From NCBI GenBank assembly GCA_051294375.1, contig CM119270.1, positions 15,228,847-15,292,846 of the forward strand: DNA of 64,000 nt, read 5' to 3'. The DNA comes from Paraspadella gotoi. Lineage: Eukaryota > Animalia > Chaetognatha. A program made the translations under genes and the position numbers. The notes beneath the pieces were generated by a model. The model ran no database searches. It saw only the letters and a list, made by a program, of their open reading frames with translations, and was not told the DNA's origin. Positions 39,286-53,989 of this stretch are shown piece by piece; position 1 is the first letter of the stretch, and each line of letters begins with the position of its first letter.

Positions 39286-39475
39286 GAAGGAAGATCTCAA
39301 TAGAGAAGGAAGATCTCAATAGAGAAGGAAGATCTCAATAGAGAAGGAAGATCTCAATAGAGAAGGAAGATCTCAATAGAGAAGGAAGATCTCAATAGAG
39401 AAGGAAGATCTCAATAGAGAAGGTAGATCTCAATAGAGAAGGTAGATCTCAATAGAGAAGGTAGATCTCAATAGA
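39286..39475. repeat. 19-bp tandem repeat GAAGG(A/T)AGATCTCAATAGA x10
   Basis: AGATCTCAAT recurs every 19 nt from 39292 to 39463; the first 7 units carry A and the last 3 carry T. Confidence 0.95.
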
Positions 39476-39957
39476 GAGGATATATTCAAGGTGTTGTTTT
39501 TGAGACAATGATGATATAAGAAGAATAAAGAAGAAACGAGTAAAAATGACAAAAAAAAGTGAGTGAAAGATTATTAATGAATAAAAGAAAAAAAAAAAAA
39601 CTTGATAGAGAATATGATGTGGGAGAAATGAGATAGACTATTTACGTATAAATAAACGCAAAGGTTAAAATATGGCGAAGGATCCGAAGATTAAGGAGCG
39701 AGCGTGTTATGCCTGCTATGGTGTCACAGGAGCGGTAGAGCGATTTCCTGATTCTAAAAAAAAGATTGTTTTTTTTTTCTCGCGAGGGAGAATCACCTCG
39801 TAAACACATATCATCGCAGAGGCTTCGCTTCTTTTTCCCCGAACGACTCTCACATTTTCCAGGTTTCTCTCACATTCACGATGATGATCTTCTCACTCCG
39901 GTTCGATATCAGTTATGACTAAGACGCTCATGATCAAAGTTAAAACTTGTCCTTTAA

Positions 39958-41047
39958 AGCGTAGCAAAAAATACTAAAATCAAGTTGAATCAAAATTCTA
40001 ATAGTAGATCATGAACAAGCTTGTACCTGTGAACATTTTTAAATAAAAAACAAATATTTTTTTATTTTTCAATTTTCGCACACGCCCATATTTATACTTA
40101 TACATTAGAGTGGAGCACTCAAGAACAAAATATTTATTTGAATGATCGAACAATGATATTTAGATGTGAGATAGTATGATTAACTAGTACAAAAAATATT
40201 TTGTTCATATTATCTCGGGAACAGATTAGTAAAATATAATATATTTGTAGTAATATCCTTATAAAATAGTAAATTTTAAAAATAATTTTTATAAAACTTT
40301 TAATAAAGATTCAGATTCTTCAAAAAAAGTTGAATCAAAAATATAAAACATGTTATCAAAAATTCTGTCATCTTCAATGTTTAAAATAAGAAAAAAGGTG
40401 AAAATTCCTGACTTTTTTATTCTCTGTAGTAGAAACTTATATATGTTAAAACGTTTTAGTCATTTTTTGTGATCTAAACATTAAGATATCATATAACATA
40501 TTTTATAAAAGTTTCTTAGTTTTTTACAGCGAATCCAAATCAGTTCTTAAAAATAAAAAAAAAAATTATTTTGAAACTTGACGATTTTATAAGGATATTA
40601 CTACATAAATAATTGAATTTGCTATACTGTTATGCTAAAAAAAATTTTAAAAGGATTTAAAATTCATTAATTATATGTCCATAGGCAGCAAAAAAATAAT
40701 GTTCAATCACTCAATCTTTTCATCACTCCACCCTATTATACATAGTACTCACCATTCAAAATGTTAAAATTTTAAAATGGTTTTTTCTTATTTTTGAAAG
40801 CAGATTCGAATTCCTCACGATAGGTTAATAAAAGGAAATATAACTCTTTTTAAAAAAATAATTCATTAAGTAGGTCAAAATCCTAAAAAACCGTTATAAT
40901 TAACTAATAATTTAATTTTAGCATAAAAATATAGTTTTTTAATTTTTAGCAAACTTAATGAAATAATTTTTGGTATATCAATGTTCATTAGTACAAGACT
41001 GTTCATGAACAACTATTCGAATTTTGATCTGCAACTTTCACTACGCC
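39958..41047. mobile_element. Non-autonomous foldback DNA transposon (imperfect 1.09-kb palindrome), Kolobok-like termini
   Basis: Ends TTAA|AGCGTAG...CTACGCC|TTAT. Inverted matches at ~39985-40036 vs ~40981-41036, an exact 22-bp inverted match 40246-40267 vs 40584-40605, and further matches converging on ~40425. No ORF. Confidence 0.75.
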
Positions 41048-41309
41048 TTATTGTTCATTGAACTATCATGGTTATCATCAGTATCAACAGTAATCACAAC
41101 AGCAATAATAATTCATGTTTCTCTTCGATGACTAATGATTTAATTAATGAATTTTTAGTCAATGAAAAATCAATGACATTTCCTTTGCTTCATCCATAAG
41201 GACAGTACTCTGATCTCACAACATCGACGCCACAGCATTAACGGCATGGCATTTATGGTGCGGCATTGACGACGCCTCATCCCCCATTTTGCGGTGTCGA
41301 ATCTTGCGG

Positions 41310-41430
<121 letters not shown>

Positions 41431-41975
41431 CTTTCGTGAAAAATTGGGATGGCGTCGTTCGACTCACGTTTTTCTTTTCCCGACAAAATTCGAAAGGGTG
41501 ACGACGAAATGAGGAGGACTTTTTCTGGAAATCGCGAGGCGTGATTTCAATGTGGATTATGAAGTGCGTGAACACGTGACAATAAAGATATAAACGCTTA
41601 ACGTGAACAGACGAAATTGACTGTTGTCTCGGGTTTTCTTTTGGTTCTAGTTCGTTTCATACTATATACTATTTTATATATATTTTTGATTTCATATGTG
41701 TCATGTTTCATGTACTTATCGTTTAATGTATTCCTAATCTATAATATATTATTATATATTATAATATATTCGTTGAAACTAAAAGTCGTTAAATATCCAT
41801 GTAAGGTTTCATCCCGCGAATCACCACTGTGCCAACCATCTCTCTTCTCCCACAGTGAACTTCGTCATTTTCAAAGTTGCGATTCTCGTCACCTGCGTTC
41901 GATTTCTTCTTCAGCTTCTTTGATGTCGACACAATGGAAGACCCATAGAACTCGATCGGCAAAGACATTCTGGTG

Positions 41976-42036
<61 letters not shown>

Positions 42037-42507
42037 ATTTCCCTCTCGATAACCCATAAAAGTAGAAGAAGAAAAAAGTCATGTCTCATAGATCATGAGC
42101 CGAGTACCATGATGTATAATACTCAGGCAAAGCAATATGCAATCAACTGTTCACAACTTATCGTATATTATGATAAATGTTTTAAGAAAGACCCGATTAA
42201 AAAGGAATTACTGCCGTATTATTAGACGCAAGGTTAAAATGTCAGCGATATGTAAAATGAATATATGTCGCAAGTACATTTAAAGAATGTCTATGATAAA
42301 CAATGGGGGTATGTCACTTAGTGATAGGAAGCGTTAAGTGGCGAACGGGGAGTCGGGGCGGAAGCGATGCCTTTGATGATTTCGAAAGGTATTCAAAGGA
42401 GGATGAGGAGGAGGAGGAGGAGGAGGAGAAGGAGGAGGAGGAAGGAAAATATTTGATGATGTGGGAGGCGTCGCCCCGTCCCGAGGACTTCCTCCTGGAT
42501 CGCTCAT

Positions 42508-42572
<65 letters not shown>

Positions 42573-42603
42573 GTCCTGATCACACCGCTTCACGGCTCTT
42601 TTC

Positions 42604-42735
42604 TCTGATTGGTCCAGACCGATCGCGAAGCGTCGCGACTTCCGATTGGTCGACGCCGGAATTTGACTTTGATTTCGACGCCGTCGATTGGTCGAAATCG
42701 CGGGACGCCGATAGTGCGCGATATATTCACGTGCA
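42604..42735 (-). promoter_or_regulatory. Promoter-like CpG-rich module with three same-orientation CCAAT boxes and an E-box
   Basis: GATTGGTC at 42607, 42644 and 42686 (GACCAATC on minus), CACGTG at 42728; bracketed by (CT)n and (GA)n tracts. Confidence 0.4.
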
Positions 42736-42794
42736 TGATACCTTTTTCTCTCTCATTTGAATTTTCTTTGATTCCATTCAAAAGCCGGAGAGAA

Positions 42795-42841
<47 letters not shown>

Positions 42842-45771
42842 TAGAGAGAGGGAGAGATAAAAGATTCCAACAAAAAAGGATCAGAACACTGAATTTTAGT
42901 GAAAGGGTAGAAGGCAGTTTTTTCCTTTTATTTTTATTTTAAATTTTAAAACGTGAGACTGAATAATGAAGGAGAGGAAAAAGAGAAGGAGAGCCTTACC
43001 TTTGTCACAATTGGGAGGTGAGGAGGTAGAGGTACAAAGAGTAACTTATAGTAACTTATAGTAACTTATAATAACTTATAACCCTATCATCTATAATAGG
43101 CCCTTATAAAGTATTTGTAAAAGTTAATAAATTCCAACTAAATGACGTTATCTCAAAAGGCCTATTATTTTTATATCGTATTGTATAGGTAATACTTGAC
43201 TCTCCTGTTTTCAACAGTAATATCACAGTTGGTGAAGGTCTGTGGCGATTCATTTCGCTTACTATCTGTTTTTTCCCACGAATACATCCAAGCCTGGGGT
43301 TGAAAAACTACAACGACTTCTCACGATAAGTCATACTGTAGCTAAAATATCTTCCCATTTTCACCGTCAAGCAACAACAACAACGACGACAACAACAACA
43401 ACGTTTCCTCCTTCCGACTCCCGCGTTTTTTCTCCTGTCGTAATTTCGCTTTGGAATTTTAAAAATTCCACCTTTTTAACTTTCTGCCTTCCACTTTCCG
43501 AATGCCGACTTTCGATTTTTTCTTTTCACGTTCCGACTTTCAACTTTCATACTCTTTTAAATTTAATTCTTTTTTTTTTATATCTCCTCCTTTATTCTGT
43601 TTCTCTCATCTTTTTTCATCTTTTAGATTCTTTTTGCACATTTTCAATAAATCTTTATTTTACGTGGGTTCTCATCTTCCTAACACCTTCCTCTTACTAC
43701 TGTTCTTTTTCCTCGATCGTCAGCACTGCCATCTTTTTCTCATTCTTGTATACGTTTTCTTTAATTCTTTTGTTCTACCTTCCTCGATCTTTTTCTTCCA
43801 TTCCTCCCTCCCCCACTTTCCTCCTTTGCTCCTTCTCCCCCCCCCATTCTCATATTCCAATCGCGGATTCTCGTCATTCGCGATGCTCTTCTGTCAGCCT
43901 CTCCTCTCGTTCACCTTATCTCCGCCAGAGGCCTCCCCTCATTCCTCCGCTTCCTTCTCTCATCGTCGTTGTTGCCAGGCTGGGCGCTTCTCATTTATCA
44001 AAGAAGCAGACGACTCGTTTACACGAATTTCTTTCTTTTTGGTTTTTTTTTTTTTCGTAACAGAGCGATCGAGCAAATTCCTGTTCTACTTGCCAGTCAA
44101 TCAATCAGAGAGAGATATGACGTAGAGCGATTGTCTAGAACGTTGGTCTTTTTTTGGGTACATTGACGAATCAGGTTTACTTCTCAGATCACCCTATCCC
44201 CTCGGCCCCACCCTCTCTCCCTCTCTCCCCTCCCTCTCTCATTTCCCCCAACATCGACGACAAAAGAGCAACTCATTTCGCGCCGCCGTCGCCATCTTCC
44301 TTTTTTTTTCTCTCTCTCTTTTCCCCTTTTGTTGCAGCCGCTGTTCTTTTTATTGTTATTGCGGTTCTTCGCCGTCGCCGACGCTAGGGGAGAAAAAGGC
44401 GCTGCGATCGACGAAGCGATTAAGAGGACGTGTAGGGTGGAGGTGGGGCGGGGGCTGAGGGTAATGAGCGAAGGGGGTAGGATTGCGTGATTGGAAATGA
44501 AGACAGTACATTACTGACTTGATAGTAAAATTGACAATTGGGTTGTCCTTATGGATGAAACGGATGGCTTAGAAGTGGAAACCAGGGTATGACTGATGTT
44601 GCGAGCGCCTATGGTAGAAAGGAAAGAAGGAAAAAAAAAGAAAAAAAGAGTAAAGTAGGGTACAAGGAACAAATCGGAGGAAGAAAAAGCAAAAAAAGAG
44701 AAAAATAAGTATAATGAGGGGGTGAAAAGGAAACAAAAGGAGAGCTAAAGAAAAAAATAAAAAAAGCATAACAAAAAAAAGAGAAGGAAACAAGTATAAT
44801 AAAAGGAAGCAAAAGAAGGAAATAAAAAATAAAAAATAAAATGAAAAAGAGAGAATGGAAAGCCAAAGAAAGAAAAAAGCAAAAGAATTAAAAAAGGAAA
44901 AAGAAGGAAAGAAAAAAGGAGGAAATAAAAAATGGAAAGCAAAAGAAAAAAAAAGAAACCAAAGGGAAAAGAAGGAAATATAAAAGAAAAGAATAAAAAG
45001 CAAAAGAAAGAAAACGGCAATAGAAGGGAAAAAAAAAGGAGGAAATAAAAAAAAGAGAATGGAAAGCAAAAGAAAAAAAAGAAACCAAAAGAAAGAAAGG
45101 CAAAAGAAGGAAAGAAAAAAGGAGGAAAGAAAAGAGGAGGAAAGAGAAAAGGAGGAAAGAAATAAAGCGTCCGGTTTGCGGGTGATGGATCTAGCGACGG
45201 AGATCAGGTGGAATACTAATTGCCTTCGTTTTTGTTATTTTCTAATGTGAGGAGAAGAAATGACTTTTTTCTTCCGGAACGATTTTCCTTTTTTTTTTCT
45301 TTCAAAGATTATCTTCGCGACGACGATTTGTTTTTTGCGTGAGAGGATCGAGCGAGCGTCTGGAGGCCGTGAATCGTGAATTGTTTCCAAGGTGCCGCTG
45401 GGTCGAACGGTGAAATGGTAAAGGTGCTTCGTTGCGGTTGTGAATCGTTTAAAAGGTGTCGCCGTTTATATCATGTATAGCATATTTGTAATTTTTGTTT
45501 TGTCTAGCAAAATAAGTAGCAGAAGTAATTGTGCAAGATAATAGTTAAACTGGAATTGTGACTAAAGATCAAATGTGAAGAAAATGATAAATATTCGAGA
45601 ATCTTTTTCCTTTTTGTTCCCCTTTTTTTTTCAAAAGGATGTGTGACTCTGAGGAAAGATGAGGAAGAGAAAGGAAATTAAAAACGAGTCGAGGACGGAA
45701 TTCGCCAAATGGAATTCACAAGATGGCGTCGCCCATTTTCTTCGACTGTAAATGGAGGAAGAATCTCCCAT

Positions 45772-45864
<93 letters not shown>

Positions 45865-46082
45865 CCCTCTCTTCTTCCTGTTTCGAAACTCGAGTAATTT
45901 TAACGTCATCGTCGCCGTCTCTCCCTCCTCACGCTCCTCATATGACGCTCCTCCTCTTCCTCCTTTCCCCTCCCCTTCCTCTTCCTCCTTCTTCTCCCCT
46001 TCCTCCTCACGGATCTGGATTTCGTTATGTGATGGAATCGCGAAACAAAATTTCTGGTGTCGCTTTTTATCGCACGTGAGAG

Positions 46083-46122
<40 letters not shown>

Positions 46123-48453
46123 TTACAAGAACAATGGCAGCGATGAATCCGACGCTTGTGAAATAAAAAAAAAAGAGTCGCTGCTTGGTGAAATAAGGTA
46201 TGGGGAGGGAAGCTGCGCCTGTGAAAGGAGAAGCTTGGTAAAATGACGAGGCATTGCATGAAAAAGAATTCTGATTACATTGGTGTGGTGGCTTTAAACC
46301 TATAAATTTATCAGATTGGTAGCCTAAAGCATAAAATGCCTATACCTAATGCTTTGTGCCGAGTTGATAGACGCGGCAGATTTGGAGATCGACTGTGGAT
46401 TTAAGATTTTTATTTTATTTTCTCATCACATCGACTTCTATGATCAGAGACGAGAAATTTGATGTCGTAAGAAAATAACCTTAACTTTTATTTTTGAATG
46501 ATTTGTCGTCTTTATCGATGCTCAATAATAATTAATAATTATTTTCTCTCTTCAAATCTTGGCTTTTTCATGCGTATCATTTCCCAATTCCCAAATAAAA
46601 GAATATAACTATTTAAGGTTAAATCGTTTATAATCACTAATTATTTTACAAGTCAATCCAAACCTTATTAACTAAAAAGTTAAGTATTACGTTAAAAATT
46701 CAAAATAGTCGAACGAAAATACAATTAGAAACATTCTTTGAAATATTATACCACTTCATTGATAGGGAAGCCAGGTATTCTGGGAGCGAATAAACGAGTC
46801 TTGATTATAAGCTTGCAGCGACCTGCTATGTCTATATCTTGAAAGAGTGATGGAGGCCTTAAACCATCAAAGTCTGTTCAAAGTCAGGGGCAAGATAGTA
46901 TATTTATTAAATGAATGGATAATTTTTATATTGGTTGTACCAATTTCATAAATTTATAAAGTAAAATGGAAACAGAAAACTAAAAATGTCTGTGGCCTAT
47001 CTTCATTTCCAAATCAAAGGGTAAAGTTAATTATGTTTGTCATAGTGGGAAAAAAAACATTATTTTATTCTATTTTATTCTAAAATATTATTTTTGACCT
47101 TTCTGGAATTACCGAGATGTCATTTTTAAGTTTAAAGGTTAACTTTGTTTAATGAACTTTCATTTTCTTTTCGCTGCCAAATGGTAGATGTCAGGAGAGG
47201 AGAAGTCATCAAAAAACAAAATGCATTATAAATTATTTCTCTTATTATTTCTATTTCAAAATACAAAATAGACAAAAATAATCTTCGAAAACTGTAAAAC
47301 ATTAAAGTAATAAGTATGTATGCAGGCACGAATAACAGAATTTCTTTAGATTTAAATTTTAAATTAAATTCTAGATCATTTACTTATTGCTATGATAAAA
47401 TATGTGTTTCACTGTAGAAAAATATTAATATGAATAAAAAATAAAAAATAAAAAAGAAAGATTATTATTTAAAACTTATCATTATCTTCATAAAGATTTT
47501 TAGGCGTTTCTTATCAAAATAAACCAAATGACCAGAAAAAAAAATCAGTATCCATTGAATTTTTTTTCTTTTTCCTTTAGAAACATGAATTTTGAAAAAT
47601 TGCGCTTTATCGATTGTGAATTTTACACACGAAAACTTACTTAATGTATATGATAAATACAAAATACCTATTACTTTTGAAACCTTAGAAACTAAAAAAG
47701 TAAAGTAAAAAAGATTTAGAATCAGAGAAAAAGAACAAAGTAAAACAAAGGTGTCGCTACTCTCCTTCTTCAGAAGCAACGGACAATTTTGTCGAACAAA
47801 AAGCTACCCCGATTTCTAATATGACTTTGTTGTGAATTTAATAATTCTTTTTTAGAAAATAGAAAATATAAACTTCGCAGGTTTATAACTATTTTTAGCA
47901 TTAGTATTATTATTGCTGTTATTAATAATGCATTCTTTACATATCAGCTTTTTATTTACATGTGAGTACCATTTCAGTCGTATTAAAAGGAATTTTTTTT
48001 ACCCTTTTCTTTAACTAATTCATGATTTTATGACCCAGAGTAGGTTTCACTTCCCATTTACAGCGATTATCACCAAATTCCGCCATCGTTATTATTGCCA
48101 AATTTAGACAGAGAGAGAGAGAGAGAGAGAGAAATCCTGGCATGGTATTCTTTTTACGAGAAGAGAAAATAGCTCTTCACAACATTTGGCGAAAAATAGT
48201 TAAGGAGAACGAAACGGTTGTTTTAGCGCGAAAACTCGCATTATCTCCTCGATTTTGCGGCTCGAATGACGTTTTAAAATTGAAGCGGGTAAGGTTTCGA
48301 GGGGCAGGGGTTGGGTTAGGTTCGGGTTGGGGTGGCTTCTCGATCCCGCTCTTCAATGGGACCTCAATTGGCGAAGAGTCAATAACGCGGCCATTCGAAG
48401 CCTCATTCCCGAAACAAAAACGGGTTCAACCATTTGAGAACGATAATAAAAGT

Positions 48454-48545
<92 letters not shown>

Positions 48546-49586
48546 CTCAATATATCTATAAACCCTTGATATCTCTATCTCTAACTCTATTTGTCCACCG
48601 TGCACAACTGTGATGATTGCAAAACAAACAGTAAACACAGCAACAAACAACACATCGCAACGGACATCGGCCACATTTCCTCTTCAAAAGATTCCATCGG
48701 TTCCAACATCCAGCACTTGAGTTCGGAGCGCCTCATCATTGGCTCAATTTCGTCGCCGATGAATTCTATCGAGTTCCATCTCGGTTCCATCTCGGTTCCA
48801 TCTCCTCTCCGTCCCCTTTCTATTTATGGTCATCATGGAAAAAAATTAGAAGGATTTCAAACTTGGATTGGCGTCTTCTTTTTTTTTTTTTCGTTAGGAC
48901 TTTCTTCCTGCATTCTTTTTCCCATCATTTGACAAATCTCTCCTATTTTCTCCCCTCGGCTTCACTAACCTGACAAAAACTTTCCATTACTTTTTTTCTC
49001 GAAGAGACCAAAGATATCAATGACGAAAATTTGTTTTTAATTTATTTACTTTTTATTCAAACTTTTTATTTTCTCAAGATTCACATCGACTTCAATGGAA
49101 TTTTAATCTCACTTTCTTTCTCTCACTCATTTTTCTTTTCGCTAAATCTTTTCTTTGATTCTCTTTCTTATTCTTTTTTTCGCATCCCTCCCTTTTTTTC
49201 CTTTTTTTCATTTTCCTCTTCTCCCTCTTCTCTTTTCTCTTCCCCCTTCCCCCTTCCTACTTTCCCCTTGTTTTATTTTTCTTCTTTTCTCTCTTCCTTC
49301 TTCCCCTTCTCTTTAGTAGTTTCCCTTATCTGCTAACTCTCCCCCGATTCTCCCTCCTCCTTTTCCCCCATTTCTTTTCTCTTCTTTTTTATCCTTCCTC
49401 TCTCCCTCTCTTTATTTTTCCCTTTCTCCTTCGTTCCCTCTTCCCCTTCTACTCCTCTTTCGGCTTTCCCCTCTTTTTTCCCTTTCCCTTCTAATCGAAC
49501 CTCAAATATTTTTTTATTTAATCCTTTCTAATGAAATCGGAATGATCGAGTAATGGCGGGCGGAGAAGAATGAATCGAATCGGAAT

Positions 49587-49677
<91 letters not shown>

Positions 49678-50223
49678 AAAGGGAATCATTTTCTCGTCGA
49701 GAAATAAAAAAAAAAAACCAAAAACTGACACCCATTTCTCCCCTATTCAAAAAATTCCGCGAAAAAAATATGAAAGAATGAAAACACATCTGCTTTCGTC
49801 GGTCAACCAAAGGATTTTTCCGCGATTTATAAAAAAAAAAAAAAAGAATTTTGAGAAGAAAGGAAATTTGCAAAAAACTGAGAGAAAGGGTTGGGTGGAG
49901 GATGGTGAAGGGAGAGAGGTAGGGGAGGGGAGGGTGGTAAGGGGTGGTAAGGGGGTAGGTGGGAAGAGGAGAAATGGAGGCGGTATCCGCGGATTTTTCC
50001 CTCGAATTATTTTTTTGTTCAGTTTTGCCAATATTTGCAGAGTTTGGTCATCGGTCATCGATCCCTCCGCATTTCCCGGGAGATTTTCGCCACTGAGAAA
50101 AAAAAAGCGAATTTTTCAAAGCGAAAGAAAATCGGGTTTTAAAAACTCGCAACGGCAAAAATATAAAAAAAAAAGAAAATTCGGTTTTTGTGTTTTGTGG
50201 GGGAAGAGTAAGAGAGAGAAAGG

Positions 50224-50312
<89 letters not shown>

Positions 50313-51100
50313 CGTCATTTGGCTTTCAAAAGAATCATACGTGATGCTTTTGGAACGTGAAAACGAGGACGAAGAAAACAACAACAACAACAAAAACATC
50401 AGAGAGAGAGAGAGAGAGAGAGAGAGTCGAAATAAAAGTTGAAACGTCAAAAGTCGAGAGCGAAAAAAGATCGATTTCAGAATGGAAATTTTCTCGAAAA
50501 AAACGTCAGAGACTCGAACTGGTAGACGATTTCCCTGTCATATAAACGACCCGAGGAAAAGAGAGACCGAATGTGGGAGGGACGAAGAAAAATAGCGAAC
50601 CAAAAATTAAGGGAAAAAAATGAAGGGAAGAAAATCCTTTTTTTTCTTTTTTGGTCAAATGAGTTTTCCATGAGTTTTCGTCTTTTGTTAACGATTTTTC
50701 TGGTCATCGCGAGGAAGGCATGACGGATTGGTAGATGGACAGCGTCGACGGACAACGTCAATCGCCATTGCCATAGCCATCGCTATGGGTCATCGCTATG
50801 AGCCATCGCTATGGGCCATCGCCTGGTGGAATCACGTGACGGGATTTCTTTGAAATATCACTATGGACTAATTTTTGGTCAAATGTTAATTCGTTTTAGT
50901 TACTAATTTTTAATGACATGAATTGCGGATAATAATAATAAAATTCTTTATGAATTTCACACGATAGATATTCGCAAAATTCGACGTTTAGGTTTAACCT
51001 GGTCAGTCATCATTTCTTCTCTTTCAATATTTGAAGTTTCAGGGATAAAAAACCTTTGTTTGTTTTTCGATAATCTTATTAACGAAAAATTCAATAGAGA

Positions 51101-51181
<81 letters not shown>

Positions 51182-52179
51182 TATTCATATTCCTCTTTTC
51201 CAGATCAGGTCGCCCCGTTCTTCAGCTGCCAAAACTAAAAAAAAGTTTGACCGGCAGAAATTTCAAATTTCTTTTTTTTTTACCAAGCGGTTTTGTTTTT
51301 TCAAGACCACGTTGGGTTTTATTTAATAAAAAGGATTTTAAAAAACCTTTTAATAGAGCCAGAAGTTTGCGTTCTATGATAGTTCACTTTTTCATAACTC
51401 GTTAATATAATTATCGTTGAGTTTGTTTAAATCGAGATTCAATTTTAATCTAGGTTTAAAAATTATTTGTTTTTAGATAAATTAGTAAAATTGTTATTTT
51501 GCCGTTCCCTTTTTCAACATTTTTTATTATTTATTTATTTATTGTTTAGAATTCATATAGTGCAAATAGACAAATATTTTTGTCTATTGAGAATATTTTT
51601 GTCATACTGGGAATTTCTCAGTTCTTTAAAAAAAATAAATAGTTTTCTTAAACAGTTTTACCTCGAGCTCAAACGCGATTTTTCAAACCCCAAAACTACC
51701 TCCCCTCTTCACTTTCCCCCACCCACCCTCGACTCGTTCTCTGTTTCCCACACACTCCTCTCCCCCCCACTTCCGCCCGGCCGTCTCTACTCCAACCATC
51801 TCTGCTCGTCAGCCGCGTATGACGGTTACGTTTTTGACGATTTCGTCGGGAGGGGGCGGTGACGGTGACGATGACTACGACGACGACGAGAACGACGACG
51901 ACGAAACCGTCATCGTCGCCCTGTTCTGCCAAAAACCCCACGAGATTTTTTCCCTTATTTTAGTGAGCGTCATCCGGGGAGTGTAAATTCGTTGTTCTTC
52001 TGTTAGCAGTGGTCGATCCCTGGCGTTCCAATAACAGTCCTGATCTTCTCTAACACATAGCAACGTTTTTAACAAAAGATCAGTGTTTACTTATCGACGC
52101 CAAGTATCGCGCGCGTGAGACCTCTCTTTACAGAATGCACGAATGAATGATGAACTGAACTAAAAATTAATGAGCGCAG

Positions 52180-52278
52180 TAATTAAATAATTATAAAAAA
52201 TAATGATTGCATTAATTAATTATTTAATTAATTAATTAATTAATTAATTANNNNNNNNNNNNNNNNNNNNNNNNNAAA

Positions 52279-52353
<75 letters not shown>

Positions 52354-52378
52354 AAATAAATAAATTAATTAATTAATT
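52180..52378. repeat. (TAAT)n and (TAAA)n tetranucleotide tracts either side of an N gap
   Basis: Read directly; gap at 52251-52275. Confidence 0.9.
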
Positions 52379-53053
52379 TTCTACGTTTGTTTTCTCCCTT
52401 CGTTTTCAGGGACTTTCGTTCTGTTTTTTTTTTTCGTGGAGGATTTCGTTTTTGGTTTTTTTTTTTTTGGCGGGAGAACTTTTTTTTTGTTTTGTTTTTT
52501 TTTAAGTTGCGGTAACTTCGTCGTCGTCTTCGTCGTGTATTCGTCGTCGTCGTCGTCGTCGTCTCTGTTCGAATCATTTGAGCTCCCAAAACGTCTCCAG
52601 CTGCCGAAATACGAGAAAGAGAAAGAAAAAAAAGGAAAAGTAAGGAGAAAGAAAAAGGAAAATAGTTCATTGAAGGATGTTGAGTGAAAGAGAGGGAAGG
52701 AGATGCAGGAGATGCAAGGAGCTGCAGGAAATGCGAAAGAAAAAGATTAATAGACTGGTAGCTTAGAAAAAATAAAACAAAGAAAGCGAAATAAAGAGGG
52801 AAAGAAAAGATCAAAATAGAAAACAAAATATCCGCTTACCTTTTCCAAACCGAAATAGCGACGGTTTTGACATCATAAACTCTTCCCTACCAAATAAACC
52901 TCACCCGAATCTAACTCACCCTCACGAATTCGATTAAGTTCAACTCTATTCACTCTTTTCTTCCTTCTCGTCTCATCTCCGTCGGAAACTCGTTATTTCA
53001 ATTTGTTCTCCACTTAACTCGAAAATTCCACTCAACTTCGCTCTATGGTCAGG

Positions 53054-53087
<34 letters not shown>

Positions 53088-53113
53088 GGAGAGAGGGAGA
53101 GGAGGGAGAGAGG

Positions 53114-53163
<50 letters not shown>

Positions 53164-53523
53164 TTCTTCCAACGCACTTTCCGCCACTTTAACCCTTCAA
53201 GACCCGAATATGTCCATTTTTCTCAATCCTCTTTCGCTCTTTCGCTCAAGCGAAACGGGCGAGGCGCGGCCGGTTCGGGCGCGGCCGGGTTCGGGCGGCA
53301 GGCCGGTGCGGGCACAGTCGGTCGGGCACTCTCGATAGGGACGCCAGAGTAAATTCTCCGGAAGCAAATCTTTCACCAAAACAACCTCAATTCTGAACCT
53401 TGCAAAGCCCAGGTGAAAGTTAGCATTTCATATATTTTTTAAAAAATTCTTAACTTCTCTATACTTTCGTCTCAGATTCTGTTTAAAAACCCTTTTGCAA
53501 AACCAATGACTTTATGAGAGAAC
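52340..53523. repeat. Direct repeat copy 1 (~1.15 kb)
   Basis: Near-identical to 54312-55445, from the (TAAA)n/(TTAA)n tract to ...ctttatgagagaac. Confidence 0.92.
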
Positions 53524-53989
53524 TGTCAGGGAATATTTAAAGAGTTGTTGTTTTCGTTTCGAGCGCCTCGTTCTTTATTTTACCAAAAGTATTGGCCTCG
53601 CTGAATTGTAAACAAAACGCTTTTTTAGTTCTCGATCGCTTGTATTTTCTTCAGTCGTGATTTGCCGCGTAACAATTTGTATTCGCTCCCGTTTATTTTT
53701 CGTTTTGTTTCACGTATAATTATAATCATAAAATAACTCAATTCCTCTTTTAATATATTTAGGCCTAAATAGCATTCGTCAAATTATTACAGGACGTAGT
53801 AATAAAAGACGACTATAGGTGGCCATCGGCTTTTGTTCGTTCCCCACGTCTCCTTGTTGCTACTGCTTACCCTTAAGTGGGGATGTTGGTGCGAGTTTTC
53901 ATGAGCTAATATGGTTCATATTTGATAAGCATAATTAAGATTAAGATATAAGTTTATCTAAGTGGGGTGTTAATTCCATCTTCCTTCAC

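Noticed and set aside
43242-45103. Long Phe/Leu/Ser-rich ORFs suggesting membrane proteins (also 60359-60967)
   Set aside because: Products of T/C-rich low-complexity tracts; no splice or domain support.
45391-45460. tRNA-like A-box GGTGAAATGGTA
   Set aside because: No T-loop GTTCRA and no cloverleaf.
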